Source of the DNA: an uncultured Chloroflexia bacterium
GTDB taxonomy: Bacteria > Chloroflexota > Limnocylindria > Limnocylindrales > CSP1-4
Reading direction: 5' to 3'
NCBI GenBank assembly: GCA_963768655.1
Contig: CAVYIM010000004.1
Location: forward strand, 160,001-224,000
DNA length: 64,000 nt
Shown here: in pieces, positions 48,352 to 58,025 of the stretch
Position numbering within the stretch: the first letter of the stretch is position 1
Layout of the letters: every line of letters begins with the position of its first letter
Program-made: the position numbers and the translations under genes
The notes under the pieces: model-generated
What the model saw: the letters and a program-made list of their open reading frames with translations, nothing else
The model's database searches: none
Told to the model about the DNA's origin: nothing

Positions 48352-49248
48352 ATGGCATCGCCAGCGTCCGGGATTCGGTCGGCGCCGGAGCCGCCCAGAG
48401 CCTCGCCTCACGTCGCGTTCCAGGGAGAGCCCGGGGCCTTTTCGGAGGATGGCGTCCTGTCTGCGTTCGCCGCTCCCGAAGCCGTCGCGATGCCGACGTG
48501 GCGGGCCGTCTTCGAGGCCGTGCACGAAGGGTCGGCCGACGCCGGCGTCGTCCCCATCGAGCGTTCGGCCGGGGGCAGCGTGCGCGAGATCTACGACCTG
48601 CTCTTCAAGTTCGATGAGATCCGGATCGCCGCCGAGGTGACGGTGCCGGTTCGGCTGGCCCTGCTCGCCCTGCCCGGCCAGACGCTCGACCAGATCGAGC
48701 GCGTGTACAGCATCGCCCAGGCGTTGGACCAGGCCGACGAGTTCCTGCGCTCCCGGCCGTGGCAGGTCATGACCAGCTACAACACGGCGGGCGCCGCCAA
48801 ATCCATCGCCGAGAAGCGCGAGATGGCGGGAGCCGCCGTGGCCTCCGCCCGGGTCGCTCCGCTGTACGGCCTGGAGGTGCTCGCCGCCGACATCCAGACC
48901 GGCGACGCGAACCGGACCAGGTTCGCCGTTCTCGCGCGCGATCCTCTACCTGACTCGTGGTTCGTTCCGGAAGCGCTGGCGGGTCCGATGAAGACGACGC
49001 TGGTCTGGGCGGTCCGCAACGTGCCGGGCAGCCTGTACCGCTGCCTCGGCTGCTTCGCCGAGCGCAGGATCAACCTGTCCCGCCTGGAGTCCCGACCGAG
49101 CCGGGGCGTTCGCTGGGAATATGTCTTCTGGGCCGACATGGACTCGGACCCCGAGTCGCCCGACTGCGCCGCGGCACTGGCTTCCCTCCTGCGCGAGGCC
49201 GTGATGGTCAGGGTCGCGGGCGTCTACCACCGGGCGGCCGAGGCCTAG
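48352..49248 (+). CDS. pheA: Prephenate dehydratase (PDT + ACT)
   Basis: VAFQGEPGAFSE, VVPIE, NRTRF, PGSL...INLSRLESRP. Confidence 0.88.
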   Translation: MASPASGIRSAPEPPRASPHVAFQGEPGAFSEDGVLSAFAAPEAVAMPTWRAVFEAVHEGSADAGVVPIERSAGGSVREIYDLLFKFDEIRIAAEVTVPVRLALLALPGQTLDQIERVYSIAQALDQADEFLRSRPWQVMTSYNTAGAAKSIAEKREMAGAAVASARVAPLYGLEVLAADIQTGDANRTRFAVLARDPLPDSWFVPEALAGPMKTTLVWAVRNVPGSLYRCLGCFAERRINLSRLESRPSRGVRWEYVFWADMDSDPESPDCAAALASLLREAVMVRVAGVYHRAAEA

Positions 49249-49320
49249 GCTGAACAGCCCGGCTCGGGTCCGCCGACCAGGGCGCCGCAGGGGCCCGACG
49301 CGCCTGCTATGCCGCGCCGC

Positions 49321-50028
49321 TCAGGCGGGCTTGCGCACCGCATCTCGCCGCATGCGTTGCAGCGAGAAGATGTAGCGCACGATCTTGTCCTGCGCCATCT
49401 CCGAGATCGCGACGAAGTGCACGGCGATCGACGTCATCGGAACTTTGGCGGAGGCTTTCGACCTGGCGCGGCCCTCGACGATCTCCTCGACGCGGACGAC
49501 CTCCGCCTCCGCCTCCACCGCCTCCAGACCCAGGCCGATGCTGATCGCGATCTCATCGCCGACGGCCACGATCGGCTCGCCGGGCTGAATCACGAACTGG
49601 ATTCCACCGGCGCTGATGTTGCGCGTCGTCCCTCTTCCTGTCAGGCCGGCGATGCCGTCGTCGCTCTGGTCGGTGACCGTATATACGACCGGGCACTGGG
49701 CGTCCAGGCGGAGGTGCGCGCGCCGCTGGACGAGCTGGAAATCGTCCGGCCATTCGACCGAGAACAGGCGCGACCGGCTCGGCCCGAGGTGGCTCAGGAA
49801 GGTCGACGCCGCCACCATCGCCGCGCCCTCGCGCTTGAAGGTCAAGACCACCGGCTGGTCCGGTCGAACCTGCGCCAGGCCGGCGTCGGGTCGAACCAGG
49901 CCAAGCCACAGGCTCGTGGGCATCACGCTGACGACGACCGCGCGCAGCCCAACGACCTTCCCGTCGATATCGACCTCGACGAGAACCTGATCGTGAACCA
50001 CGGGCTTTCTGTTCGGTTCGTTCATCAT
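49321..50028 (-). CDS. PilZ-domain c-di-GMP-binding protein (YcgR/flagellar-brake-like)
   Basis: QRRAHLR (RxxxR) and NISAGG (D/NxSxxG) motifs preceded by a YcgR-N-like domain. Confidence 0.85.
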   Translation of the reverse strand: MMNEPNRKPVVHDQVLVEVDIDGKVVGLRAVVVSVMPTSLWLGLVRPDAGLAQVRPDQPVVLTFKREGAAMVAASTFLSHLGPSRSRLFSVEWPDDFQLVQRRAHLRLDAQCPVVYTVTDQSDDGIAGLTGRGTTRNISAGGIQFVIQPGEPIVAVGDEIAISIGLGLEAVEAEAEVVRVEEIVEGRARSKASAKVPMTSIAVHFVAISEMAQDKIVRYIFSLQRMRRDAVRKPA

Positions 50029-50573
50029 CTCCGCGACCGCCTCGTCCGGACGCGTGGTGCTGGACGGCCTGGATGCGCCGGTCCACTGCCGGCAGCTCGC
50101 CGTCGCAGGGCCCGAACGACTCGGCCGGAGGCAGCGGCTGCCTGGGCGAGGATACAGCCTGTCGGACTATGAATCGGCCTCGACGCCCGACCCCTTGAGG
50201 GCGGGGGCCCACGGAGCCCACGGACGTTCGATCCCAGGGCGAGTGGTCATTCGAACCCCCGCCCCGTACCCCTTTGGTCCGGCTCCTGTGCCCGCCTGTT
50301 GCATGAGTCGAGGCAGGACCGCCGGCCAGCCGATGGTCCGGGTGCGGGCAGGCACCGCAATCGGCGATTCACCTACCTAACTTGAGGTGACCAACGTACC
50401 AGCAGTGCGCAGCCTGAGGTCCGGTTGTGAGGCCCCTATTTCGGGGGTTTGATGAGGTCAACGCGCTGGGCAAGAACCGGCGATCGGTGCCCAAAAGCAA
50501 CTTTCGCAGGAGGCCCTCGCCGCCCGGCCGCCCGGAGGTACCGGCCACCGGCCGTGACATGAAGGACTGCAGT

Positions 50574-51173
50574 ATGGAGAGCACGAAGACCCACCGGCGC
50601 CGCAGGCGAGGCCTGCTCGCCCTGCTGATGGCAGGGACCGCACTCATCAGCGCCACTGGCGCGACCATGTCCCTGGCGCTGTTCACCGACCAGGCTGTCG
50701 CCAACGCCAACACGTTTACCACCGGCACGATCCACATCGGGATCACGCCGACGGCGACCATCCTGAGCGACGTCACGATGATGCCCGGCGACACCGTAAA
50801 CGGGTCCGTCGTCGTGACCAACACCGGAAGTGCGTCACTTCGCTACGCCATCTCCGGCTCCGCCTCGAACCTTGACACCAAGGGTCTGGCGTCACAGATC
50901 ACGGTCACGATCAAGACGGCGGATACCGTCGGCGGCACGACGTGCACGGCCTTCGCCGGCACGACGCTGTTTACCGGAGTGGTCCCCTACGTCGAAGGCC
51001 CCCTCTTTGGCACCTACACGGCCCATCCGAACGGCGGCCGCACGCTCGCTGCGGCAGCATTCGAGACCCTCTGCTTCCGCGCGACGCTACCCCTCAATAC
51101 CGCGATTGGCTACGAGGGCGCCACGACGACGATGACCTTCACCTTCTATGCCGAGCAGACCCAGAACAACTAG
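50574..51173 (+). CDS. TasA/camelysin-like secreted protein with SipW-type signal peptide
   Basis: Basic N-terminus, h-region and 'SLALFTDQ....NTFTTGT' SipW-cognate motif; MMPGD.V...V.V.NTGS..LRY; C-terminal 'TFTFYAEQ'. Confidence 0.8.
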   Translation: MESTKTHRRRRRGLLALLMAGTALISATGATMSLALFTDQAVANANTFTTGTIHIGITPTATILSDVTMMPGDTVNGSVVVTNTGSASLRYAISGSASNLDTKGLASQITVTIKTADTVGGTTCTAFAGTTLFTGVVPYVEGPLFGTYTAHPNGGRTLAAAAFETLCFRATLPLNTAIGYEGATTTMTFTFYAEQTQNN

Positions 51174-51194
51174 TAGCGCTTCGGCTGCACCGAC

Positions 51195-51230
51195 GCCGGC
51201 CGTGACTCGCCTCGACGGGTCACGGCCGGC
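51195..51230 (+). promoter_or_regulatory. Strong GC stem-loop between tasA-like gene and sipW
   Basis: GCCGGCCGTGAC (51195-51206) pairs perfectly with GTCACGGCCGGC (51219-51230); no U-tract. Confidence 0.55.
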
Positions 51231-51263
51231 CGTCCGGCACTCTGGAAGGACAGGCAGGGACCT

Positions 51264-51845
51264 ATGAGCACAGCATTGCGGTTGACGCGCTGGCTGCTCG
51301 ACCTGGCCCTCATCGCGCTCGTGTTGTCTGTCCTCTCCCTCGTTCTTGCCGCCAACATCGGCCCCGCGATCGGCCATCAGATGGTCGTCATCCGGGGCTC
51401 CTCGATGTCGCCGGCAATCCCGCTGGGAGCCGTCGTCGACATCACCAGCGTCAAGCCCCAGGACCTCAAGGTCGGCGACGTGGTCACCATTACGTCGCCC
51501 GGGGGCACCGTCTACACCCACCGCATCGCCAGGATCGTCACCCAGCCGGACGGGATGTACATCGAAACCCAGGGCGACGCGGTCGGCCACCCCGACTCGC
51601 CGCTCCAGCCGGTATCCGAAGTGACCGGTCGAGTCACCTACTCGCTGCCGTTCCTGGGGTTCTTGCTGTACATGCTTACCATTCCGACCGGCGTCGTTTC
51701 GATCTTCTCCCTGGCCATCACCATGCTGTTGTGCATCTGGCTGCTCGAGGACCTTGAGCAACACCAGGTCCAGGACCAGGAACCTTACGAGTGCGAGCTG
51801 GCGAGGACCCTGGACGCGTTGCGCATGCGTGAGAGGCTGGGATGA
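51264..51845 (+). CDS. sipW: Signal peptidase I, SipW (ER-type, Ser-His)
   Basis: GSSMSPAI, LKVGDVVT, YTHRI, TQGDA, flanked by TM helices; sits between two SipW-cognate substrates. Confidence 0.88.
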   Translation: MSTALRLTRWLLDLALIALVLSVLSLVLAANIGPAIGHQMVVIRGSSMSPAIPLGAVVDITSVKPQDLKVGDVVTITSPGGTVYTHRIARIVTQPDGMYIETQGDAVGHPDSPLQPVSEVTGRVTYSLPFLGFLLYMLTIPTGVVSIFSLAITMLLCIWLLEDLEQHQVQDQEPYECELARTLDALRMRERLG

Positions 51846-52535
51846 GCGTGCGGCGCCTGCGCGTTCCGCTCGTCCTGACGCTGGCAGTTGCAGCGCTGCT
51901 GGCCCAGGCTGGAATCCAGCCTTGCGCTCTTCACTGAGTCGCAGGCCGCGGCCGCGAACACGTTCGCCGCCGGGACCTGGGCCTTCTACCTGCACAACAA
52001 CCCGACTCCGCCGACCGCCAACACGACGGCCCAGGTCAACCTGGTCATGAACTCGACCGTCCCGACCGCAGCGACGCTCTATCAGTACTCGACCAACTGC
52101 TCCGCCCATGCGGGACGGCGCCTGACCCGTGCCGCGCCCAGTCCCACCCAGGCGACTGTGTGCGATTACGAGAACTGGCGCACCGCGGCGCTCACGGTGC
52201 CCGTGATTCTGAGCGGCGCGATCACGGTCGACATCTGGACGGCCTCCGACACCGGCACCGCCAACCGGACGGCCGGCATCGTGGCCTATCTGCGCGACTT
52301 CAACCCCGCCGGAGCGGGCACCTATACGGAGATCGCGAACGGCCTGTACACGACGACCTACGTGACTGGCCGGACCTTCTACCACTACCCGATCACCGTG
52401 ACGGTGGCCACGGCGTACACGCTGCCCGTGGGTCACCAGCTCGAGTTGAAGCTGGTCGCATCCAACGCCTATCAGGCCGCCGTCCTGGTCGCCTACGACA
52501 CGACGACCTACTCGTCGTTCTTGAGAATCCGGTAG
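51842..52535 (+). pseudogene. Second SipW-cognate secreted protein, frameshifted near 51911-51915 (or sequence error)
   Basis: ATG at 51842 gives signal peptide MSVRRLRVPLVLTLAVAALLAQAG, then stops at 51937. The mature 'SSLALFTESQ...NTFAAGT' is in the +1 frame and runs to 52535. Confidence 0.7.
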
Positions 52536-52727
52536 GTCGGGGTTAGCCGCGCCACTCGCCAAAGAAGGCCCCGCCGATGCCGGAGCCTTCGGAGCTCCGG
52601 GGTAGGCCGTCGCGTGCGACGGCCGGGTGAAGTCTGCGTCGGGATCGCGTCAGGTCATGCCGGACGCGAGGCCGAAAGTCGTAACCTGAATCAGGCCGCA
52701 GGAGAGCGGCCCAAGGCGAGGTGACGT

Positions 52728-54413
52728 GTGAGCGGTAGCACCGTCTCGGGCGAGGTCGAGGCCGTTCGCCGGCGCGCGGCGGACCTGGCGGCGCGACTCT
52801 CGCCGCCGGCGCGCCGCTCGGCCACGATCGCCCAGGAACGTGCGCTCCTGCGCATGGTCGGAGTGGACGGCCTGGATCGGGCCGGTCATCCGCTGGCGGC
52901 GACGATGGCGGAGCGGTACTGCAGCTCCGATCGGGACCGGCTGGCCAGAGGCGTGATCCTGCCGTTCGCCGTGGCCCTGCTCGAGTACGACCTGTCCGCT
53001 CGAGACCTCGGGCTCGAGGTGGCGTCCGGCGCGATCGACCTCGGACTCGAGGCCGAGCTCCTGGACCGACCCGGGCGACTGGCCGCCGCGGAGGCGCACG
53101 CGACGCGGCTGCTGGCCGCGGCGCTGGCCCGTTTCGACGCCAACCGGACCGCTACCCGGGAGATGCGCGACGTACTGGGGCTCGCCGGCGAGCCCTGGCT
53201 GGGCCTCGCCCTGAACGCGGTCGAGGTTGGGCCCGCCGCCGAGGAGACGAAGGTGCTCGTCGGGGAGGGCGCCGACGTAGTCCAAATTCGAGTGCCTGCC
53301 AGCTGGGAGTTCGCCGAGGCCCGGCGGCATGCGGGCCTGGAGACACCCTGGCTGTTCGAGGGAGCCGGACGGAGCGGCAAGGACGGCCGGAGATCGGGCG
53401 CGCGCGGGTCCGTCGGGCGACTGACCCGGGCTCGCGGCGGGCGAGGTCGGCAGGCGCCGCCGCAGCGGTTCGAGCGCGACCTCGTCCCGGCCGGCAGCCA
53501 GCGGGGTCTGGCCGCGCTCCGGAAGGCGGCCGACGACGCGGCCGCGGAACGCGGCTGCTACGCCAGCCTGATGACGGTCACCTCCGCCTTCGCCGCGCCC
53601 GAGCAGGCCGTCGTGGCAGCCTTCGAGCGAATCGACCTGGTCGAGGCCGATCCGATCCGCGAGATCGTCGAGGAGAACGTCGATCCGGAGCGCGCCCTGG
53701 CGGACCACGCCTTTGCGCACTGGCTTCACGCCCGGGCCGGCTGCCGCGTCGTGATGGGGCCCGGGCCGCTGGCGCTCGGCGCCGACGTGGCCAGCGGCAT
53801 TCCTTCCGACGCCGCGACGCGGGCCGGCCGAGCCCTGGCTCTTCAGGCCCTGGGCGTCGAGCTCGCCCTCGCCGACGGTCTGGCCGCGGACCGACTTATG
53901 CTGGGCGCGGTGCCGGACTGGGTCGGCGGCGCGGAGTGGGTCGCCGGCGAGAGTGACTCACGCGCGATCCTGGTTCAGGCATGGCTGCGGAGCCTGGTCT
54001 TTCCCGGGCACCGTCTGGTCGTCGGCGAGCCACGGGCGGAGAGCCAGCCAAACTGCCGAACCTCGGCCCTGATTGCGGCGCTCTCGGGGGCCGCGGCGTC
54101 ACTTGTGGTCCGGGATCGGGCCGGAGGCGGCGTCTCCGAGTCGGCCGCGGACCTTGGAGCCGCCGCTTCGACGGCCGCGGCCCTGCGGGCGGCTCTGGGT
54201 GACGGCGCGTTGCACGGAGAGGCGGCGGAGCTGGCGCTTCGGACGTTGCGCGCCGCGAACTCGGCCCTGGAGCGTCTCGGCGGCGAGGGGTGGGGGAGTC
54301 TCATCGGGCCCGCCGGACGTGGCCACGAGGCCGAGAGATTCGGCCGCGGCGCGGTAGTCGAGCGCGCCACGGGCCCCACTTCGAGCGCCAGGCTCCTGGC
54401 GGCCCTGACCTGA
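52728..54413 (+). CDS. Divergent lysine 5,6-aminomutase alpha-subunit-like TIM-barrel protein
   Basis: 'ATIAQERALLRMVGVDG..AGHPLA', 'GSQRGLAALRKA.D', 'FAAPEQAVVAAFERID...D..EI..NVDP.RAL.D..FA' resemble KamD-family segments. Confidence 0.6.
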   Translation: MSGSTVSGEVEAVRRRAADLAARLSPPARRSATIAQERALLRMVGVDGLDRAGHPLAATMAERYCSSDRDRLARGVILPFAVALLEYDLSARDLGLEVASGAIDLGLEAELLDRPGRLAAAEAHATRLLAAALARFDANRTATREMRDVLGLAGEPWLGLALNAVEVGPAAEETKVLVGEGADVVQIRVPASWEFAEARRHAGLETPWLFEGAGRSGKDGRRSGARGSVGRLTRARGGRGRQAPPQRFERDLVPAGSQRGLAALRKAADDAAAERGCYASLMTVTSAFAAPEQAVVAAFERIDLVEADPIREIVEENVDPERALADHAFAHWLHARAGCRVVMGPGPLALGADVASGIPSDAATRAGRALALQALGVELALADGLAADRLMLGAVPDWVGGAEWVAGESDSRAILVQAWLRSLVFPGHRLVVGEPRAESQPNCRTSALIAALSGAAASLVVRDRAGGGVSESAADLGAAASTAAALRAALGDGALHGEAAELALRTLRAANSALERLGGEGWGSLIGPAGRGHEAERFGRGAVVERATGPTSSARLLAALT

Positions 54414-54425
54414 CCGAGTCGGGAC

Positions 54426-55502
54426 GTGCCGGCGTCTGCGCGCGTCGGCGTCGGCGCGGCAGATCGCCGGGCCCATGAGCCGCGGCACGCGCCGGCATCC
54501 CTCCTCGCGGTCGAACCCGGTGCTAGGATGGCCGGCGGGACGGGAGCGAGCGCAGAGGAGAGACAACTGAGCAGTTCGAACGAGCGCACGGTCGCGCTCG
54601 GAGGGCGCCATGTGCCGGCCGTTGTGGTCGCCGGGCTGGTCGCCCTCGCGGCAGCCTGGCTCGCCATCGTGTACTTCGCCGAACCGTGGGGCCAGTCCGC
54701 TCTGCCGTCCGGAATGGACGCCCGCTGCTACTGGGTGCCGAGCCTCTCGAACCCGTACCTCCAATCGACCTGGGGCGAGCAGATCGCATACCCGTACTCG
54801 CCCGCCTTCCTGCAAATCCTGCAGCCGATCCGGCTGCTTCCCTGGCAGCTGTTCATGGCCGTCTGGGCCGCGATCCTGATGGCCGCGATGGTCTACCTGA
54901 CCGGCCCACGCCTGATCTTGCTCGGTCTGGCCTTCTTCGGGCTGATGGAGATCTGGGGCGGCAACATCGAGTTGTTGATCGCCGTGGCGATCGTCCTCGG
55001 GTTCCGCTGGCCGGCGACCTGGGCCTTCGTGCTGCTCACCAAGATCACGCCCGGCGTCGGCCTGCTCTGGTTCGCGGTCCGGAGAGAGTGGCGCGCCCTG
55101 GCGATCGCCATGGCCGCGACCGTGGCGGTCGTGGCCGTTTCGGCGGCGATCCAGCCGAATGCGTGGCTGGCGTGGCGCGACGTCCTGGTTTCGAACGCCG
55201 GCAAGAACGGGACGTGGGCGGCGGTCCCGGTCCCGTTCGCGGTGCGCTTCCCGCTCGCCGTGGTGCTGGTCGTATGGGGCGCGCGGACGAACCACCGCTG
55301 GACGGTGCCCGTGTCGGCGATGCTCGCCCTCCCGGCGCTCTGGTACGGCGGCCTGAGCATCATGCTCGCCACTCTGCCGCTGCTGGGGGCGCGGACGTGG
55401 GGTGACGTGCGCCACGTGCTGAGCAGCGGGTGGTCGGAACTTGCCGCCGACATCCAACACTTGCCCCGACCCTTCGGCCGCCGCTCCGCGCCGATCAGTT
55501 GA
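54426..55502 (+). CDS. GT87 (DUF2029)-like membrane glycosyltransferase, second copy (true start probably downstream, ~54528-54567)
   Basis: 'GMDARCYW...YPYSPAF', 'GNIELL', 'LTKITPGVGLLWFAVRREWR'; homologous to 37255-38259. Confidence 0.72.
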   Translation: MPASARVGVGAADRRAHEPRHAPASLLAVEPGARMAGGTGASAEERQLSSSNERTVALGGRHVPAVVVAGLVALAAAWLAIVYFAEPWGQSALPSGMDARCYWVPSLSNPYLQSTWGEQIAYPYSPAFLQILQPIRLLPWQLFMAVWAAILMAAMVYLTGPRLILLGLAFFGLMEIWGGNIELLIAVAIVLGFRWPATWAFVLLTKITPGVGLLWFAVRREWRALAIAMAATVAVVAVSAAIQPNAWLAWRDVLVSNAGKNGTWAAVPVPFAVRFPLAVVLVVWGARTNHRWTVPVSAMLALPALWYGGLSIMLATLPLLGARTWGDVRHVLSSGWSELAADIQHLPRPFGRRSAPIS

Positions 55503-55585
55503 GCGGAGGCGGCGCCGGGCCGGCCGCTGGGGCGGCCGCCGGGGTCCGCGTGCCGGCCCTCCCGCGCACTGCCCGCCTCACGCCC

Positions 55586-55813
55586 TTCCCAATGCCCATC
55601 AGGCGGACATTCGGCAGGGTGTTTGGCCGCCGGGCGAGGCCGGGAAGCCGGGGACGGCCCCAAACCACGCCGGTTCGGCCGCAATTGCCGTCGAAACCGG
55701 TCGTGTCGAGACTCAGGACGGTCGCTGGGCGGTCGAGAGGTGGGCCGCGAGGCCTCTGCAACCGCCTCGAACGCCCGGCCCTTGCCCGATGTCCTCGTGA
55801 TGGGAGATCGGAA
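55586..55813. repeat. ~230-bp intergenic element with ~35-bp imperfect inverted arms
   Basis: TTCC-caatg-CCCATCA-ggc-GGACAT-tc-GGCA-GGG (55586-55619) versus the reverse complement of 55779-55813, TTCC-gatct-CCCATCA-cga-GGACAT-cg-GGCA-aGGG. Confidence 0.55.
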
Positions 55814-55943
55814 GATGGGCGATCGACCCACGTCGGCTCGGGTCGCTCCACCCTCACCCCATCGCCGCCGCCGAGCGCATGCCCCGGCCTTGCTCGTACG
55901 ATAGACGGCAATAGCGGTCAAACGCATCAAGGAGGAGAACCAA

Positions 55944-56618
55944 GTGCCCGAACCTTCTCCGTTGCCGGTCCGCCCCAACGCCTGGCCGACGCTTCATGTG
56001 TCGCGGCATCCCGCGATCCTCCACAAGCTGCGGATCCTGCGGGACGAAAAGACCGAGCCCAAGAAGTTCCGCGAGGTCGTCCGCGAGCTGTCGTGGCTGC
56101 TCGGCTATGAGGCCCTGGCCGACGTCGAGGTCCGCCCTCTCACGGTCACCACGCCGCTCGAGACGACCGACGCCCACGAGCTCGGCGTGCGCATCGGTCT
56201 CGTGCCGATCCTGCGGGCGGGCCTGGGCATGGTCGACGCCATGCTCGAGCTGATGCCCACGGCCGAGGTCTGGCACCTGGGCCTCTTCCGCGACGAGCGC
56301 ACGCTCCGGCCGGTCGAGTACTACAACAAGCTGCCGGATTCAGCGACTGTGGACCTGTGCCTGATCCTGGACCCGATGCTCGCGACCGGCGGATCGGCCA
56401 CGGCTGCGATCGAGGTCCTCAAGCGCTGGGGCGCGACGCGGATCAAGCTCGTCAACCTGATCGTGGCGCCCGAAGGGCTCGACGCGGTGACGGCGGCCCA
56501 CCCCGACGTCGAGATCTACTGCGCCGCCGTGGACCGCCAGCTCAACGAGCACGGCTACATCATGCCGGGCCTGGGCGACGCCGGCGACCGCCAGTTCGGG
56601 ACCGGCCGGCCCAGCTGA
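55944..56618 (+). CDS. upp: Uracil phosphoribosyltransferase
   Basis: [45 protein letters not shown]; AAGGAGGAG RBS. Confidence 0.97.
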   Translation: MPEPSPLPVRPNAWPTLHVSRHPAILHKLRILRDEKTEPKKFREVVRELSWLLGYEALADVEVRPLTVTTPLETTDAHELGVRIGLVPILRAGLGMVDAMLELMPTAEVWHLGLFRDERTLRPVEYYNKLPDSATVDLCLILDPMLATGGSATAAIEVLKRWGATRIKLVNLIVAPEGLDAVTAAHPDVEIYCAAVDRQLNEHGYIMPGLGDAGDRQFGTGRPS

Positions 56619-56638
56619 CCTCAGTTCCTCGCCAACGA

Positions 56639-56668
56639 GAAGCGGGCGGCCTTCCGGCCGCCCGCTTC
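56639..56668. terminator. Hairpin between convergent upp and permease (probable bidirectional terminator)
   Basis: Perfect 13-bp stem GAAGCGGGCGGCC-TTCC-GGCCGCCCGCTTC. Confidence 0.65.
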
Positions 56669-56687
56669 GATTCTGCGAGGGGTCTGG

Positions 56688-58025
56688 TCAGGAGGCCGCG
56701 GCCGGCGCCTCCGACTTGGCGCCCATGCCGAACTTGTTGAGGATCTGGTAGAGCAGCAGCGCGCCGATGCACGCTGTGCCGATACCGCCGATGGAGAAGT
56801 CGCCCTGGGTGATGGTGAGGTTGCCGGCGCCGAGCGTCAGGGCGACGGCGGCCGTGATGAAGTTCTTGTTGTCGGTGAAGTCGACCTTGTTCTCGACCCA
56901 GATCCGCGCACCGGTGGTGGCGATCAGGCCGAACAGGACGATGGCCATGCCGCCGAGAACGGCCTGCGGGATGGAGAGCACGAGTGCTCCGAACATCGGC
57001 GAGAAGCCGAGAAGGACGGCCACGACGGCCGCGATCACGAACACCAGGCTGGAGTAGATCTTGGTCACGCCCATGACGCCGATGTTCTCGGCGTAGGTTG
57101 TGACGCCTGTGCCACCGCCCGAACCGGAGACCATGGTCGCCACGCCATCGGCCAGGAAGGCACGCCCGATGTACGGATCCAGGTTGCGGCCGGTCATTGT
57201 CGCGACGGCCTTGATATGGCCCAGGTTCTCAGCCACGAGCACGATCGCGACGGGGACGATCAGGGTGATGGCATGGGTGTCGAACTGTGGCGTGGCCAGC
57301 GCGGGCCAGCCGACGAGGGAGGCCTTGCCGATCGAGTCGAGATTGATGTAGGGGCCGCCCAGATGCAGGATGTTCGAAAGCAGGCCGTACAGAAGGTAGC
57401 CGAACACGCCGCCGATGAGGATCGGTAGGCGGCGCGTCACTCCGGGGCCGTACACAGCGACGACGGCCACCGCAAGCGCGGTGATGAGGCCGACGAGGAT
57501 GCCGAAGTTGTCTCCCGCCGCGCGTCCGCTGGTCATGTATCCGACCCCGGATTGGGCAAGGTTCAGGCCGACGACCGCGACGACCGCACCGGTCACGATC
57601 GGGGGCATCAGGAACTCGACCCACTTGTACCCGACCGCCATGACGATCAGGCCGATCACGGCGTAGACCGCACCGCAGGCGACGATGCCGCCCAGGGCGA
57701 CGGCGATGTTGTGGCCGCCGCCGATGGCCTCAGCCGACAAGACGACGGCGATGAACGAGAAGCTCGAGCCGAGGTAGCTCGGGACGCGGCCGCGGACGAA
57801 GACGAAGAAGATCAGCGTCCCGATGCCAGAGAAGAAGATGGCCGTGTTGGGGTTGAAACCCATGAGGATCGGCGCCAGCACCGTCGCCCCGAACATGGCG
57901 AAGATGTGCTGGATGCCCAACGCCACAGACTGCCCGGCCGGCGGCCGCTCGTCCGGGGCGATGATGCCTTCCCGTTTGACGGTCCACTGGAACATGCCCC
58001 GGACGTATTCGATGGCAGCAGCCAT
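56688..58025 (-). CDS. uraA: NCS2 family uracil/xanthine permease (UraA/RutG-like)
   Basis: QH.FAMFGATVL.P, PSYLGSSFSFI, ENLGH, TTYAENIGV; adjacent to upp. Confidence 0.88.
   Translation of the reverse strand: MAAAIEYVRGMFQWTVKREGIIAPDERPPAGQSVALGIQHIFAMFGATVLAPILMGFNPNTAIFFSGIGTLIFFVFVRGRVPSYLGSSFSFIAVVLSAEAIGGGHNIAVALGGIVACGAVYAVIGLIVMAVGYKWVEFLMPPIVTGAVVAVVGLNLAQSGVGYMTSGRAAGDNFGILVGLITALAVAVVAVYGPGVTRRLPILIGGVFGYLLYGLLSNILHLGGPYINLDSIGKASLVGWPALATPQFDTHAITLIVPVAIVLVAENLGHIKAVATMTGRNLDPYIGRAFLADGVATMVSGSGGGTGVTTYAENIGVMGVTKIYSSLVFVIAAVVAVLLGFSPMFGALVLSIPQAVLGGMAIVLFGLIATTGARIWVENKVDFTDNKNFITAAVALTLGAGNLTITQGDFSIGGIGTACIGALLLYQILNKFGMGAKSEAPAAAS

Noticed and set aside
50427-50560. Possible c-di-GMP-I riboswitch upstream of the tasA-like gene (GGGCAAGAACCGGCGATCGGTGCCCAAAAGC hairpin)
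   Set aside because: Only a superficial resemblance: it lacks the GGCAAAC...GNRA...GACGCAAAGC pattern and a recognisable P3. An Infernal search against Rfam would settle it.
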